Source: Gemmata obscuriglobus
Lineage (GTDB): Bacteria > Planctomycetota > Planctomycetia > Gemmatales > Gemmataceae
Assembly (NCBI RefSeq): GCF_008065095.1
Contig: NZ_CP042911.1
Coordinates: 2,130,001 to 2,162,000 of the forward strand
Direction of reading: 5' to 3'
Length of the DNA: 32,000 bases
A model generated the notes under the pieces. That model was not told where the DNA came from and searched no databases. It saw nothing but the letters and a program-made list of their open reading frames with translations. Made by a program: the position numbers and the translations under genes. Of this stretch, positions 1 to 9,327 are shown piece after piece; the first letter of the stretch is position 1, and each line of letters begins with the position of its first letter.

Positions 1-2
1 TG

Positions 3-1040
3 GACTACGACAAGGCCCGACACGAAGGCGAGCGAAAAGCCGTTCTGGACTTCTACGCCAACACGTTGACCAACCGGTTGGTGTACGCTGCGAACAAGGA
101 CCGTATCGTCCTATGCGGGCACCGGGTTCACGAAGACGACGTATTCAACCACGTCTGGACCACGTTCGGCAACGACGGCAGTTGGACGTATTTGTACCTC
201 CCGGCAGAAGCGAATCCGGACCTGAGTAACAGCTACCACAACGCTCTCGGTTGGAAGGACACCCGGAAGGTCGGCCAGTTGCTCCACCCCGGCGTTGTGC
301 CGCTGGCAAAGATCAATGAGGCGAAGAAGGGAGGGAAGCACAAGTACCACTGTCTTTACAACCAGGATGTTACTCCGGCGGACGGTGACATCTTCTCCGC
401 TTCGATGTTCCGGTACTTCACGGCGGCAGACGGCTTTTACAATCTGGCCGGGAAGCAGGTTGATGCGAAAGCGGCTTGGCGGTTCGTGGCGGTTGATACT
501 GCCGTCAGCACCGAGAGCACTGCCGACTATTCAGTGATTCAGGTCTGGGACTGCATCGGTGGTCACCTCGTCCTAGTCCATCAGATACGAAAACGACTCG
601 ACGGCACGAAACTGGTGCCGGCCATCGCCAGCGTCCACCGAACCTACAACCCTCAGTTCGTGTGCGTGGAGGAGCAGTTCGTCGGGCGGTTCGTCATCGA
701 TCAGTTGCGGGCCGAGAGTGTACCGGTCAAGCGGTTCAACGCAAAAGGTCACGGTGACAAAGAGACGAGGGCGGTAGCGGCACAGATCAGAATGGAAGCC
801 GGGAGTGTGTGGTTCCCGGCAGATCAGGACTGGGTGTCGGACCTTCAAAAAGAACTCCTAGCGTTCCCGGCGAGCACCCACGACGACCAAGTGGATGCGT
901 TGTCGATGGCGTGCATTTTGGCGGACAAGTACACCGGGAAGATCGAGATCGAACTGACCCCGGAGGAAGCCGAAGCAAAAGCAAAAAAGGACGCTGAGGG
1001 GCGTTTCCAAAAGATGCTTTGGCAGGGTGCTCCGTTCTGA
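3..1040 (+). CDS. Terminase large subunit, C-terminal part (5' end outside window)
   Basis: The frame is open from base 3, with no stop before the TTG at 66. Motifs are RIVLCGHRVHEDDV (ATPase coupling-like), VAVDTAVS..ADYSVIQVWD and HDDQVDALSMA (RNase H-like nuclease acidic residues). The stop overlaps the next start (TGATG). Confidence 0.85.
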   Translation, partial: DYDKARHEGERKAVLDFYANTLTNRLVYAANKDRIVLCGHRVHEDDVFNHVWTTFGNDGSWTYLYLPAEANPDLSNSYHNALGWKDTRKVGQLLHPGVVPLAKINEAKKGGKHKYHCLYNQDVTPADGDIFSASMFRYFTAADGFYNLAGKQVDAKAAWRFVAVDTAVSTESTADYSVIQVWDCIGGHLVLVHQIRKRLDGTKLVPAIASVHRTYNPQFVCVEEQFVGRFVIDQLRAESVPVKRFNAKGHGDKETRAVAAQIRMEAGSVWFPADQDWVSDLQKELLAFPASTHDDQVDALSMACILADKYTGKIEIELTPEEAEAKAKKDAEGRFQKMLWQGAPF

Positions 1041-3181
1041 TGGGCAGGCCACTAGATATCTGCATGCCGAAAAACGAGGGTCAGAAGTCGAAGAAAAAGG
1101 CGGTCACCAAGAAGAAGACCGCTCCGAAGAAGCCGACCACCAAAAAGCGGGTGGCAAAGAAAGGGTACGCCGGGTCCGGGAACATCTGGACCCCGATCAG
1201 CGGGGGCACGTTCGGCGGTGGGTTCGATCCCACGCAGCAAGAGGTTCCCACGCCGGTCGACCTTCTGTGTGCCTACGAAGACGTGGTTTTTGCTTGCACA
1301 AACCGCATCGCACAGGGCGTTGCTGAGGCCGCCACGTCGTTCAAGCTCGTCGTTGCCACCGGCCACGCCGACTCCCGGCCGAACTCCACCACGAAAGCAC
1401 TTCGCACCACTGACCGGAAGTGGATCGAGAAGAACCATAAGAATCGGGTGCGGAAGGCCGTGAGTGTTGAGGAAGTGGTGGACCACCCGGCCCTCGATCT
1501 TCTTGACACGCCGAACCCGCTGTATTCCTGGTCGAAGCTCGTCGAGCTGACGACCGAGTATATGTGCTTGGTCGGGTCTGCCTTCATCTTCAAGGGCCGA
1601 AACGATCTCGGCCAGGTTCGGGAACTGTGGGTTCTTCCGAGTCACTTGGTACAGATCGAGCCGGATGAGAAGACCGGGGCCATTGCGGGGTACAAGTTCA
1701 AGTCCGGCACTACCGAAGAACTGCACAAGCCGTCCGACGTAATCCACATCCGGTACACGGCCGACCCGCTGGACCCACACACCTCGTTTGGCATCTCGCC
1801 ACTTCGCTCCATCTGGCAGCGGTTCAGCTTACTCCGGCAGGAACAAGGAAGCTGGCTGTCGGTGCTTAGAAACATGGCGTTTCCGAGTCTTTTGGCGTCA
1901 CCGCCGGACAACGAGACATGGACCCCGCAACAGGCCGAGAGGATCGAAAAGCAACTGAACGAGCGGTTTCGATGGGGCAACCAGGGCGGCGTTTGGGCGG
2001 TGCAAGACTCGACGAAAGTGTCGCCACTCAGCACACCCCCGAAGGACGTAGCGGCCCTGAACATGTACGAGCAAATCCGTGAAAGTGTGGCACAGGCGTA
2101 CAACGTCCCGCTCCCGATGCTCGACATGGCGGACACCAGCTTCGTGACGGCGGACGTGACCCGGCGGAACTTTCAAGAATACTGTCTGGTTCCGATCCTG
2201 AACACGATCTTCGAAACGCTCAGCCACGACCTTCTCCCGGCCCGAATGTGGTTAGCGGCGGACAACATCGTCCAGCGGGACGAGGTGTTCGAACTCCAGA
2301 AAAGTACGGCACTTTTTCAGGGCGGTATCACCTGGCTGAACGAGGCCCGGGAGGAGCAAGGGTACGATCCGGTCCCGGACGGAAACAAGTTCTTCTTCGA
2401 GTTGATGGAGACCGGAACGCCCTCGGCCCAGACGTTCACCACGTCGTACACCGGCGGGCGGTTCAAGCGGAAGGGGTACAAATCCACGGTGCCGGACGCC
2501 ACGGCCCTCGTCGAGGTGCTGAAGTCGCTGTACGCTCGCCTCGGCCAGGACGTGATTTCACGCCTGAAGCACGCCAACGCCATCCACACCAAAAGTTTCT
2601 TCCCCGTGGCCGACTGGAAGGACGAGATCGTCCGGGAGTTAGTGCCGGTTCTCCGACTCTACGTCGAAGAAGGTGGATCAGCCGTCCTCGGAGAGATTGG
2701 CGGGGCTTTGAAGGTGCTCCCGGTGAACAAGCTCGACGATGCCGTCCAGCGTGCGGCCCTGGCGTTCGCTGACTCCACGCTCTCCACCACAACCCTTTCG
2801 GTCGAAGATGCGGTGAAGGCAACACGGGAAGCGATTCAGAGCGGTCTCGGCCAGGGCGAAGCAAACGCCGAACTGTCGAAGCGGGTCGGTGCAATTTTCG
2901 AAGACCTGACCGAGACCCGGGCAATGCTGATCGCTGAAACCGAGTCGTCGAGAGCTAAGCACGCTGGTGAACTACTCGCCATCGACGAGTCCGGCGTAAC
3001 GGCCATGAAAAAGTGGCTTCCTGACAACATGGCGTGCGACTTGTGCCGTGAACTGGCCCGCAAGGGCGGTGTTCCGCTGGATCAGCCGTTCGCCACCAAA
3101 GGGATCGGGCCTTACGCCAGGATCGATCACCCGCCAGGTCATCCCGGTTGCCGATGCTCTTTGCAGTACGAGTTCGAGTAA
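1040..3181 (+). CDS. Portal protein fused to a Mu F / SPP1 gp7-like minor head domain, with a Lys-rich N-terminal tract
   Basis: Residues ~60-470 resemble HK97-family portals (recall only) and the gene sits directly after the terminase. The last ~230 aa carry IAETESSRA .. W .. CDLCRELA .. PPGHPGCRCSL, typical of Phage_Mu_F. ATG 1040 overlaps the terminase stop. ATG 1064 is an alternative start. Confidence 0.8.
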   Translation: MGRPLDICMPKNEGQKSKKKAVTKKKTAPKKPTTKKRVAKKGYAGSGNIWTPISGGTFGGGFDPTQQEVPTPVDLLCAYEDVVFACTNRIAQGVAEAATSFKLVVATGHADSRPNSTTKALRTTDRKWIEKNHKNRVRKAVSVEEVVDHPALDLLDTPNPLYSWSKLVELTTEYMCLVGSAFIFKGRNDLGQVRELWVLPSHLVQIEPDEKTGAIAGYKFKSGTTEELHKPSDVIHIRYTADPLDPHTSFGISPLRSIWQRFSLLRQEQGSWLSVLRNMAFPSLLASPPDNETWTPQQAERIEKQLNERFRWGNQGGVWAVQDSTKVSPLSTPPKDVAALNMYEQIRESVAQAYNVPLPMLDMADTSFVTADVTRRNFQEYCLVPILNTIFETLSHDLLPARMWLAADNIVQRDEVFELQKSTALFQGGITWLNEAREEQGYDPVPDGNKFFFELMETGTPSAQTFTTSYTGGRFKRKGYKSTVPDATALVEVLKSLYARLGQDVISRLKHANAIHTKSFFPVADWKDEIVRELVPVLRLYVEEGGSAVLGEIGGALKVLPVNKLDDAVQRAALAFADSTLSTTTLSVEDAVKATREAIQSGLGQGEANAELSKRVGAIFEDLTETRAMLIAETESSRAKHAGELLAIDESGVTAMKKWLPDNMACDLCRELARKGGVPLDQPFATKGIGPYARIDHPPGHPGCRCSLQYEFE

Positions 3182-3199
3182 TCAACCCCTAGATACTGC

Positions 3200-3367
3200 A
3201 TGAGGAAATACCGCAAGAAGGTGCTGGTGCCGGAAAAGAAAGAAGGCCCGTACCGCACCAAGATCCCGGACCCGCTGGACCAGATCACGGAGGATTTGGA
3301 GCGTGTGGTTCGGGAGTTCGACGAGTTCCAAAAGCTACAGGAGGCCCGTGAAGAAAAAGACCGTTGA
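3200..3367 (+). CDS. Possible 55 aa highly charged small protein (MRKYRKKVLVPEKKEGPY...QEAREEKDR)
   Basis: ATG-to-TGA ORF found by hand translation, below the ORF-track size cutoff. It fills the portal-protease gap. It has no obvious Shine-Dalgarno. Confidence 0.3.
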   Translation: MRKYRKKVLVPEKKEGPYRTKIPDPLDQITEDLERVVREFDEFQKLQEAREEKDR

Positions 3368-4133
3368 ATGTGCCTTGGCCCCGGTGCGGGTCACCGAAGA
3401 CACGGCCCGGTACATCGACAGCCTGGTCAAAGAACTGCCGAAAACCGACGCCTACAATTTCCGAAGGAAGGCGGTCACGTCCGAAGTCACCGACGTTCAG
3501 GCCACGGAGCGGGTGGACACGTCCCGGGTCACCACACGTTTAATGGATCGAGACTGCGAAATCGTCCTCCCGGAGGGCATCGAACTCGATAGCTACCGCC
3601 AGAACCCTATCGTCCTTTGGGGCCATGATCAGGACCGGCCGTGCGGTAAGTGCCTCTGGATCAAGCCCGACGCCGATGGCCTTATCGCCAAGACGTACTA
3701 CACGCCACGGCCCGAAGCGTATCAGGGTGAATGGCTCCCCGACTTCGTGTTCTCGATGGTCCAGGCGGAAGTCCTGAAGGGGAAAAGCATCGGCTTCATC
3801 CCGCTCGAAATGCGTGAGCCGGAGCCGGCCGAGGTGGAAGCGAATCCGGCCGTCCAGTGCGTCATCACCCGCTCGCTGCTGTTGGAGTACAGCGTGGTGT
3901 CCATTCCGTCGAATCCAGCCGCCCTCGTCGAGACGGTGAACAAGGGGTTCAGTCTCGACAACTGGGGTATCACCATCGTCGGCAAGACCAAGAAGCCGAC
4001 GCCGAAGAAGCCGGTCCAGAAGAAGGCGAACGTGTATGGGCCGATGGCGGATGCGGTGAAGGCCCTGAAGATGGACCCGAACAAGATCGCAGAAGAAGCG
4101 GTAGCGGCCCTTTTGAAGCGTTGGGAGGTCTAA
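3348..4133 (+). CDS. Prohead maturation protease, HK97 (S78/U35)-like
   Basis: The NPIVLWGHDQDRPCGKCLW and KGKSIGFIP motifs resemble HK97-type proteases, and the gene lies after the portal. The ORF is open from GTG 3303. I prefer GTG 3348, which is preceded by AGGAGG (3339-3344). The start is uncertain. Confidence 0.75.
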   Translation: MKKKTVECALAPVRVTEDTARYIDSLVKELPKTDAYNFRRKAVTSEVTDVQATERVDTSRVTTRLMDRDCEIVLPEGIELDSYRQNPIVLWGHDQDRPCGKCLWIKPDADGLIAKTYYTPRPEAYQGEWLPDFVFSMVQAEVLKGKSIGFIPLEMREPEPAEVEANPAVQCVITRSLLLEYSVVSIPSNPAALVETVNKGFSLDNWGITIVGKTKKPTPKKPVQKKANVYGPMADAVKALKMDPNKIAEEAVAALLKRWEV

Positions 4134-4517
4134 GTGGCAACAGTACTTGCATCGACCGACCAGTTTCCACTTCCACTGAATCTGACGGTGTACCAAGGTG
4201 CCACGTTCACGAAGACGTTTACTTGGACCACAGGGCCGGACCGCAGCAACCAGACGCCGGTGGATCTCACGGGCTACACGGCAGAAATGGCGATCAGGAG
4301 CGGCCAAACGGTGGTCATTAGCCTGACCACGGGCAACAGCGGAATTGCCCTCGGCACAACGGACGGAAGAATTACGCTGAACATTGATGCTTCGGACACG
4401 GCAACTCTGACAGCAGCGAACGCCGAATACGATCTTTTGCTTGCGTCGGGCGGGGTCGTGACTCCCCTCCTCGGGGGGTTGGTAGTTATCCGTGCGAGCG
4501 TGACGGCGGGGGCCTAA
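4134..4517 (+). CDS. Small beta-rich (Ig-like?) virion protein
   Basis: GTG start lies 5 nt after GGGAGG and directly after the protease stop. The pattern LxVYQGATF...PVDLTGYTA...I...YDLLL...G resembles small beta-sandwich proteins found next to phage fibre genes (recall only). Confidence 0.6.
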   Translation: MATVLASTDQFPLPLNLTVYQGATFTKTFTWTTGPDRSNQTPVDLTGYTAEMAIRSGQTVVISLTTGNSGIALGTTDGRITLNIDASDTATLTAANAEYDLLLASGGVVTPLLGGLVVIRASVTAGA

Positions 4518-4526
4518 AGGAGAAGA

Positions 4527-6131
4527 ATGCCGGTAATTAGAAACGATCCGATCCAACTAATCGAAGTGTCCGAGGACGTGTATCAACTGGTCGAACAGAC
4601 CACTGAAGTACAACTAGTCACCATCGGTATTCAGGGACCGCAGGGGGCTCAAGGTCCGGCTGGTCCACCAGGACCGTCGGGCCAATCGCTCCCAGATCAG
4701 TCAGGTCACAGTGGTGAGTTTTTGACCACCGACGGAACTAATCCATCATGGGCCACTGTCCCTAACCCGGACCTGACCCCCTACGCCCGCAAAGACACGG
4801 CCAACACGTTCACCGCACTGCAAACAGTAAAGCAGACCGGCACAAACGCCACAATTCAAGAGTGGCAGGACACTAGCGGGAATCTCCGGCTTCGGATTAC
4901 GACCGCCGGAGACCGACCCGTAATCCAGTTCGGCGACACTGCGAGTGACCAAGGTTTGTCGATCCGCAACAATGTCGGCACCGAGGTTTTCAGAATCCAG
5001 GACAACGGCGGCATTTTCGCAAGCCAGTACACGACGAATTCCGGCCTGTCGGTTAACGGCCTAAAAATTGTGAGAGGGTCGGGCAGCCTCGGTCTGTACT
5101 TCGGCGAAGCTGGCCAACCGTCACTACAGGTCGAGACCCCGCTGAGCGTCTCTTACACCAGCAGTTTCGCCATCACCGGCAGAGCAAGCCAAACGTTCGA
5201 TTTGCAACAGTGGCAATCAAGCACAGGGTCTGTACTCGCCAGGATCACAGCAGCCGGGGGCGTGATTGTGTCCGGTGCTGTAACGGGTGACGCCACTCTC
5301 GGTTCGGCCAACGTCAGAATGGGTGTCGGCTCAACTCCCAGATTAATCCTCGATGGCGGTTCGACTGGTGCGGTGACCCAGTTCGACAACAACTCCGGCA
5401 CGTTTAGAATCCTGAACAGCAACGCCGCTATTTTCACGTCGAGCACAGGCACGGTCGGCACGTCGTCTTTGTACGCCAGTCCTGTAACAAATGTGGCGTT
5501 CAACATTCCCATTCAGAACGCCTCTCACGTGGGGCTGGTAATTAATGGTGCGGCATCCCAAACGGCGGCGTACACCGAGTGGAAGGACAGTACGGGCACC
5601 ACACAAGCGACCATCAAGCCATACGCAACGACCGATTACAACGGCAATGCTGTAACGCTAGCACAGTTGGAAATGAGGCAGGCCAACGGTAGCAGCAACG
5701 CATTCATTCGCCCCTGGGTCGGCAGAGGGCTGGAGATCGTTACCGGCGGGGTTGCCAATGAGTTGAAGGTTGGCGGTTTGATTCGAACGGACAGCGGAAT
5801 TTCGTTGAGCACGTCGTCTGCCGGTGCGTCGTTCCGGAGCGGCACACAAGGCCCGGGGCTGTACCGTAGTTCGAGCGGTGCGGTTTGTGCCATCGCAATT
5901 ACCGACCAGTCCCACGGATCGGGTACCAACGCTTGGCGTGTGTCAGCGAACAATGCCGGTACTGATGTGGAAGTCGTGTACTTTGCTCACAGTATGATCG
6001 AATGCAAAAGGGCAATTAAACCGGCTGAACTGGCAGACTCGGCGGCACCAAACGGCACGCTGTACTACTCCACTACTGCGGGGAAGCTGGTGTTCAAGGA
6101 CTCGACTGGAACAGTGAACAACCTCTATTAA
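4527..6131 (+). CDS. Collagen-like-repeat fibre protein
   Basis: AAGGAG lies 4 nt before the ATG. A GXY run (GIQGPQGAQGPAGPPGPSG) is followed by a Ser/Thr/Gly-rich body. The body has three copies of an xxWxxSxGxxxAxIxxxG module (IQEWQDTSGNLRLRITTAG, LQQWQSSTGSVLARITAAG, YTEWKDSTGTTQATIKPYA), as seen in actinophage minor tail / fibre proteins (recall only). Confidence 0.75.
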   Translation: MPVIRNDPIQLIEVSEDVYQLVEQTTEVQLVTIGIQGPQGAQGPAGPPGPSGQSLPDQSGHSGEFLTTDGTNPSWATVPNPDLTPYARKDTANTFTALQTVKQTGTNATIQEWQDTSGNLRLRITTAGDRPVIQFGDTASDQGLSIRNNVGTEVFRIQDNGGIFASQYTTNSGLSVNGLKIVRGSGSLGLYFGEAGQPSLQVETPLSVSYTSSFAITGRASQTFDLQQWQSSTGSVLARITAAGGVIVSGAVTGDATLGSANVRMGVGSTPRLILDGGSTGAVTQFDNNSGTFRILNSNAAIFTSSTGTVGTSSLYASPVTNVAFNIPIQNASHVGLVINGAASQTAAYTEWKDSTGTTQATIKPYATTDYNGNAVTLAQLEMRQANGSSNAFIRPWVGRGLEIVTGGVANELKVGGLIRTDSGISLSTSSAGASFRSGTQGPGLYRSSSGAVCAIAITDQSHGSGTNAWRVSANNAGTDVEVVYFAHSMIECKRAIKPAELADSAAPNGTLYYSTTAGKLVFKDSTGTVNNLY

Positions 6132-6142
6132 TAAGGAATCAA

Positions 6143-6457
6143 ATGGCATTACAGTTAACGGGACAGTACGAAACAAACTACGGCACCACTGTTGATTCCA
6201 CTTATTGGCGGTGGATCGGTTTAGGAATTGATGTGAGCCGAAATCAAGGCACAGTAACGCTTTACGCTTACGTGTCTAAAGAGGCTTACGAAACAGGCAA
6301 ACAACCAATTGGCGATCGGCAGTATCAGGTAACAGGCCCTGGGTTCGCAGCCCTAGCAAACCAAATGGACGGCCCGCAGCCCTTGGGCATTTCAAACCCA
6401 ATTTATTCTTACATCAAGGCGAATGATGTGTACTTTGCGGCAGCGGTGGAGGTGTGA
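6143..6457 (+). CDS. Hypothetical 104 aa protein; by position a possible fibre assembly/accessory protein
   Basis: ATG lies after AAGGAA. The gene is tightly packed behind the fibre gene. It is AT-richer than its neighbours. No motif recognised. Confidence 0.5.
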   Translation: MALQLTGQYETNYGTTVDSTYWRWIGLGIDVSRNQGTVTLYAYVSKEAYETGKQPIGDRQYQVTGPGFAALANQMDGPQPLGISNPIYSYIKANDVYFAAAVEV

Positions 6458-6638
6458 GGGGTAAGGGTTTCAATGATTGAAGAGTTCAATTCTTGACGCC
6501 ACTGCTCTACATATCCTCTAAGTGAGTGACCAACCAGACCGCAGAACGTGGCGACCTGCCAGGCGAGTGCCGGGGGTGAGGCGTCCGGGAGGTCGGGGGT
6601 TCGGCATATATGTGTTGAATCAAATAATCAGAGGGCAA

Positions 6639-8069
6639 GTGAATAAGAAAAAACTGGTCAGTTACGTTCTGGAGTCGAGCTTCGGCGGTCTGGCTGAAGG
6701 TACCGTTCTTCAGTGCGACGAGGAAAAAGGCAACGCCTTAGTGGCCGCTGGCGTGTGCCGTGAGGCCACTGAAGAGGACATCGGCGAGACCGCTGAAGAC
6801 GAAGTAAAAGAAGACGAGGCGGAAGAGGACAAGGACGAAGGGGACGAGGAACTCGTCCAAGATGCTGTCCGGCGTCTTGCAGCCGATGCTAATGCCACTG
6901 TCACCAAGGCCGTCGAGAAGGCAACCGAGAAGCTGGCGAACCGGGTCAAGCGTCCGGCATTCGCCACCCCGCACGTAGCGGGCTCCGATCTGGCCGCAAC
7001 TGGCGGATTCAAGAACCTAGGTGACGCTGTGGCCGGGTACATCCGGGCACGTAAAGGCGACTTCGACGCAGCTCGGCGTTTCTCCCAGTACGGAAAGGCG
7101 GTCGAAGCTCGAACTAAAGCCACTGGCATGTCGATCAGCGGCGGGTCCGGTCACCAGGGTGGTGACCTCGTGCCGCAAGAGTGGGCTAAAGACCTGTGGC
7201 GTCTTACCTTCCAGAACGTCCCGGACCTGCTCGGGATGATGACCAAGTACGAGATGCGGAATCAGGTCGAGAACATTCCGGCGTGGGTCCAGTCTTCGGC
7301 GGCGGCCGGTATCCAGTCGAACGTGATCGCTGAGGCGAACAGCATCACCGCCACCGTTGGCGTGACGGCCAACGTCCAGTTGTCGTTGGTGAAGGGTGCC
7401 GTCCTGGTGAACACCTCGGACGAACTGCTTCGCTTCAACAGCTACAATTTGGAAAACGTCATCAAACAGGTCGTGCCGGAGCGGCTCCGATTCATGACCA
7501 ACGGTAACGTGGTTGCGGGTACGAACTCCCAGATTAACTTGGTGAGCAACGCCGCAGCCGTAACGGTCATTGCGGCGACACCGGGCCGGATCAACTTCGA
7601 CGACGTTACGAAGATGAATGCGGCACTGTACGACGATTTCGACAATGACGCCATCTGGCTGTGCAGCAAGAGCACTCTGCCAGAACTGTACAGCTTGGCG
7701 TACCCGAACCGTGGGGCAACCAACCCGTACCCGGCCTGGACCCCGGGCACCTTCGGTCAGGAACAGTTGCTCGGGCCGAAGCCGAAGGGCACGCTGTTGG
7801 GCAAGCCGGTGTACACCCTGGAAAACATCCCGGCGTTGGGTTCCCGTGGTGCTCTGATCCTGTGGCACCCGAAGTCCTGTGCGGCCGGGTACAGCGGCCT
7901 GATCGCTGATCAGACACCGTACCTCTACTTCGACCTGGCACAAGATTCGTTCAGATTCCTGTTCTACTTCGACTCGGTGAACCCGCTGACTACGCCGTAC
8001 ACCCGTGCGGACGGGTCGGTGTCGTCGAACATCGTCGTGTTGTCAGCGGGGTCAACCAGCAGCAGTTAA
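6639..8069 (+). CDS. Major capsid protein, HK97-fold-like, with acidic N-terminal delta/scaffold-like region
   Basis: The position, the size and the acidic segment (EEDIGETAEDEVKEDEAEEDKDEGDEE followed by a helical stretch) fit a delta domain upstream of a capsid body. The ORF is open from GTG 6522. GTG 6639 follows GAGGG. The start is uncertain. Confidence 0.75.
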   Translation: MNKKKLVSYVLESSFGGLAEGTVLQCDEEKGNALVAAGVCREATEEDIGETAEDEVKEDEAEEDKDEGDEELVQDAVRRLAADANATVTKAVEKATEKLANRVKRPAFATPHVAGSDLAATGGFKNLGDAVAGYIRARKGDFDAARRFSQYGKAVEARTKATGMSISGGSGHQGGDLVPQEWAKDLWRLTFQNVPDLLGMMTKYEMRNQVENIPAWVQSSAAAGIQSNVIAEANSITATVGVTANVQLSLVKGAVLVNTSDELLRFNSYNLENVIKQVVPERLRFMTNGNVVAGTNSQINLVSNAAAVTVIAATPGRINFDDVTKMNAALYDDFDNDAIWLCSKSTLPELYSLAYPNRGATNPYPAWTPGTFGQEQLLGPKPKGTLLGKPVYTLENIPALGSRGALILWHPKSCAAGYSGLIADQTPYLYFDLAQDSFRFLFYFDSVNPLTTPYTRADGSVSSNIVVLSAGSTSSS

Positions 8070-8128
8070 GGCCCATGATGCTCCGAATTCAAGCTGCTGG
8101 TTGACGCCAGAGTTCGAAGCAAAAGCTC

Positions 8129-8164
8129 AGCACCTGGCAAACATTACGCCAGGTGCTTTTGTTT
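8129..8164 (+). terminator. Rho-independent terminator after the capsid gene
   Basis: AGCACCTGGC (8129-8138) pairs with GCCAGGTGCT (8148-8157) across a 9 nt loop. The stem is followed by TTTTGTTT. Confidence 0.8.
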
Positions 8165-8744
8165 GCTGACGTTGCGTGTTTAGAAACACGGTAACTCCAC
8201 CATCACAGAGTCGGTTCCAGCCCCGTCGGCTCGCTCAGTGCAAAAAAGTCACAATGGCAATTGCTGTTTGGCATTTTCTTGCGATTCGCCGCTGGGGTGA
8301 TGACATCGCCCCGGCGAAATTTGCCCCCGAAGTTAGGGATTGCCGGTGCCTAAAGGCTGCTAAAGAAGAACCGGCTCAACGATTTATGTCTGATGTTCAA
8401 CTTGAACAAGCTCGCAAGCGGCTCCCCGGCAAGCCGTTTGCCCCAAGAGTGACAACGGTTGTCACCTTACCCCTGCAAGCCTTTCGCAGCTCTCTTGCAG
8501 GGGCGACTCAAAAAATTGAGCCGACTGCCACTTGGCAGGTTGCTTCAAGCTTGTGCAAGATGCACAAAACAGCCCTGCTCGCTTCGCATGTGGAGGCTCT
8601 TTTTGAGAATTTTTTTGCAGTCAAATTTGCTTGAAGTGCCTGAAAAGAATGGGCTTTTAATTTTTACTGTTGTGCGATCGTCTACGGTCGTCGATAGTCG
8701 TCGTTGCATTCGAGAGGTGCTACCGGTATCCTAGTGGAAGAGCT

Positions 8745-8769
8745 GCCCGGTATACCAGGTATACCGGGC
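8745..8769. promoter_or_regulatory. Perfect 25 bp palindrome GCCCGGTATACC-A-GGTATACCGGGC (candidate operator)
   Basis: Two 12 nt arms are separated by a single base, too tight for a simple RNA hairpin loop. Each arm contains the palindrome GGTATACC. Confidence 0.5.
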
Positions 8770-9327
8770 ATCCCGAACGAAGGTCACTCCTTCCGTTCAC
8801 TTGACACATTGCCCTGGCGATCCGCACGCCACTTGTGGAAGTCTTGCACGACTTGACACAGGTACAGCAGGCATAACATGGGTTCACAAGAGTGAGCCCA
8901 TGCCAAGCCTATGTGCGTAATGACCGCCAGAGCAGACCAAACAACGTGGCTGCTCATTCGACTACCCCTCCCTCAACGGTGGGTAAGATTGAATGGCCGT
9001 GTTGGGACATGCACCCCCAATAGGTGTATGTCCACCACAATAACCCCGGGCTGGCCCCCGGGGTTATTGCACGTCGGCCTGGCACTCCGACGCTGTGAGC
9101 CATTGTACAGGTATTCCGTTGGAACGGAAGGTGATCTGTCCGGCTCTAGAAGTCGCACCCCTGCCTCGACCGCACTTCTCGCTTAAAAGCCTTGTATTTC
9201 GAACGTTTTTGCGTCTCAAGAGCACCGGAAAAGTTTCGTGACTTTCCCACCTCATTAGCGGCTGATCGTTTCTTTTTGTTTCTTCACCGCCGAACGGTTT
9301 TCGTTCCTGTTGGCCATACATACCGGT

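Noticed and set aside
70-81. 12 bp palindrome CCAACCGGTTGG near the window start
   Set aside because: It lies inside the terminase coding frame and occurs once in the window. There is no supporting context for a cos/pac or operator role.
1216-1236. tRNA T-arm-like sequence GGTGGGTTCGATCCCACG
   Set aside because: No complementary acceptor 5' strand (TTGCTGC) or D/anticodon arms exist within ~75 nt upstream. It lies in frame within the portal gene (GGGFDPTQ).
3193-3202. ATACTGCATG shared by 3193-3202 and 17203-17212, both ending in an ATG
   Set aside because: A single 10-mer recurrence is expected many times by chance in 32 kb, and no further shared context exists.
3540-4556. 338 aa minus-strand ORF opposite the protease and the small virion protein
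   Set aside because: It is an antisense shadow ORF with Arg-rich composition. The plus-strand genes have SD sites and recognisable motifs.
7017-7943. 308 aa minus-strand ORF opposite the major capsid gene
   Set aside because: It is an antisense shadow with Arg/Gly/Pro/Val-rich composition and no start context.
8176-8634. 152 aa plus-strand ORF in the non-coding island (internal ATGs at 8254 and 8387)
   Set aside because: Third codon positions are A/T-rich, unlike all neighbouring genes. There is no SD, whereas other phage genes have strong ones, and several stems cut across it. It is kept only as an alternative hypothesis in the island finding.
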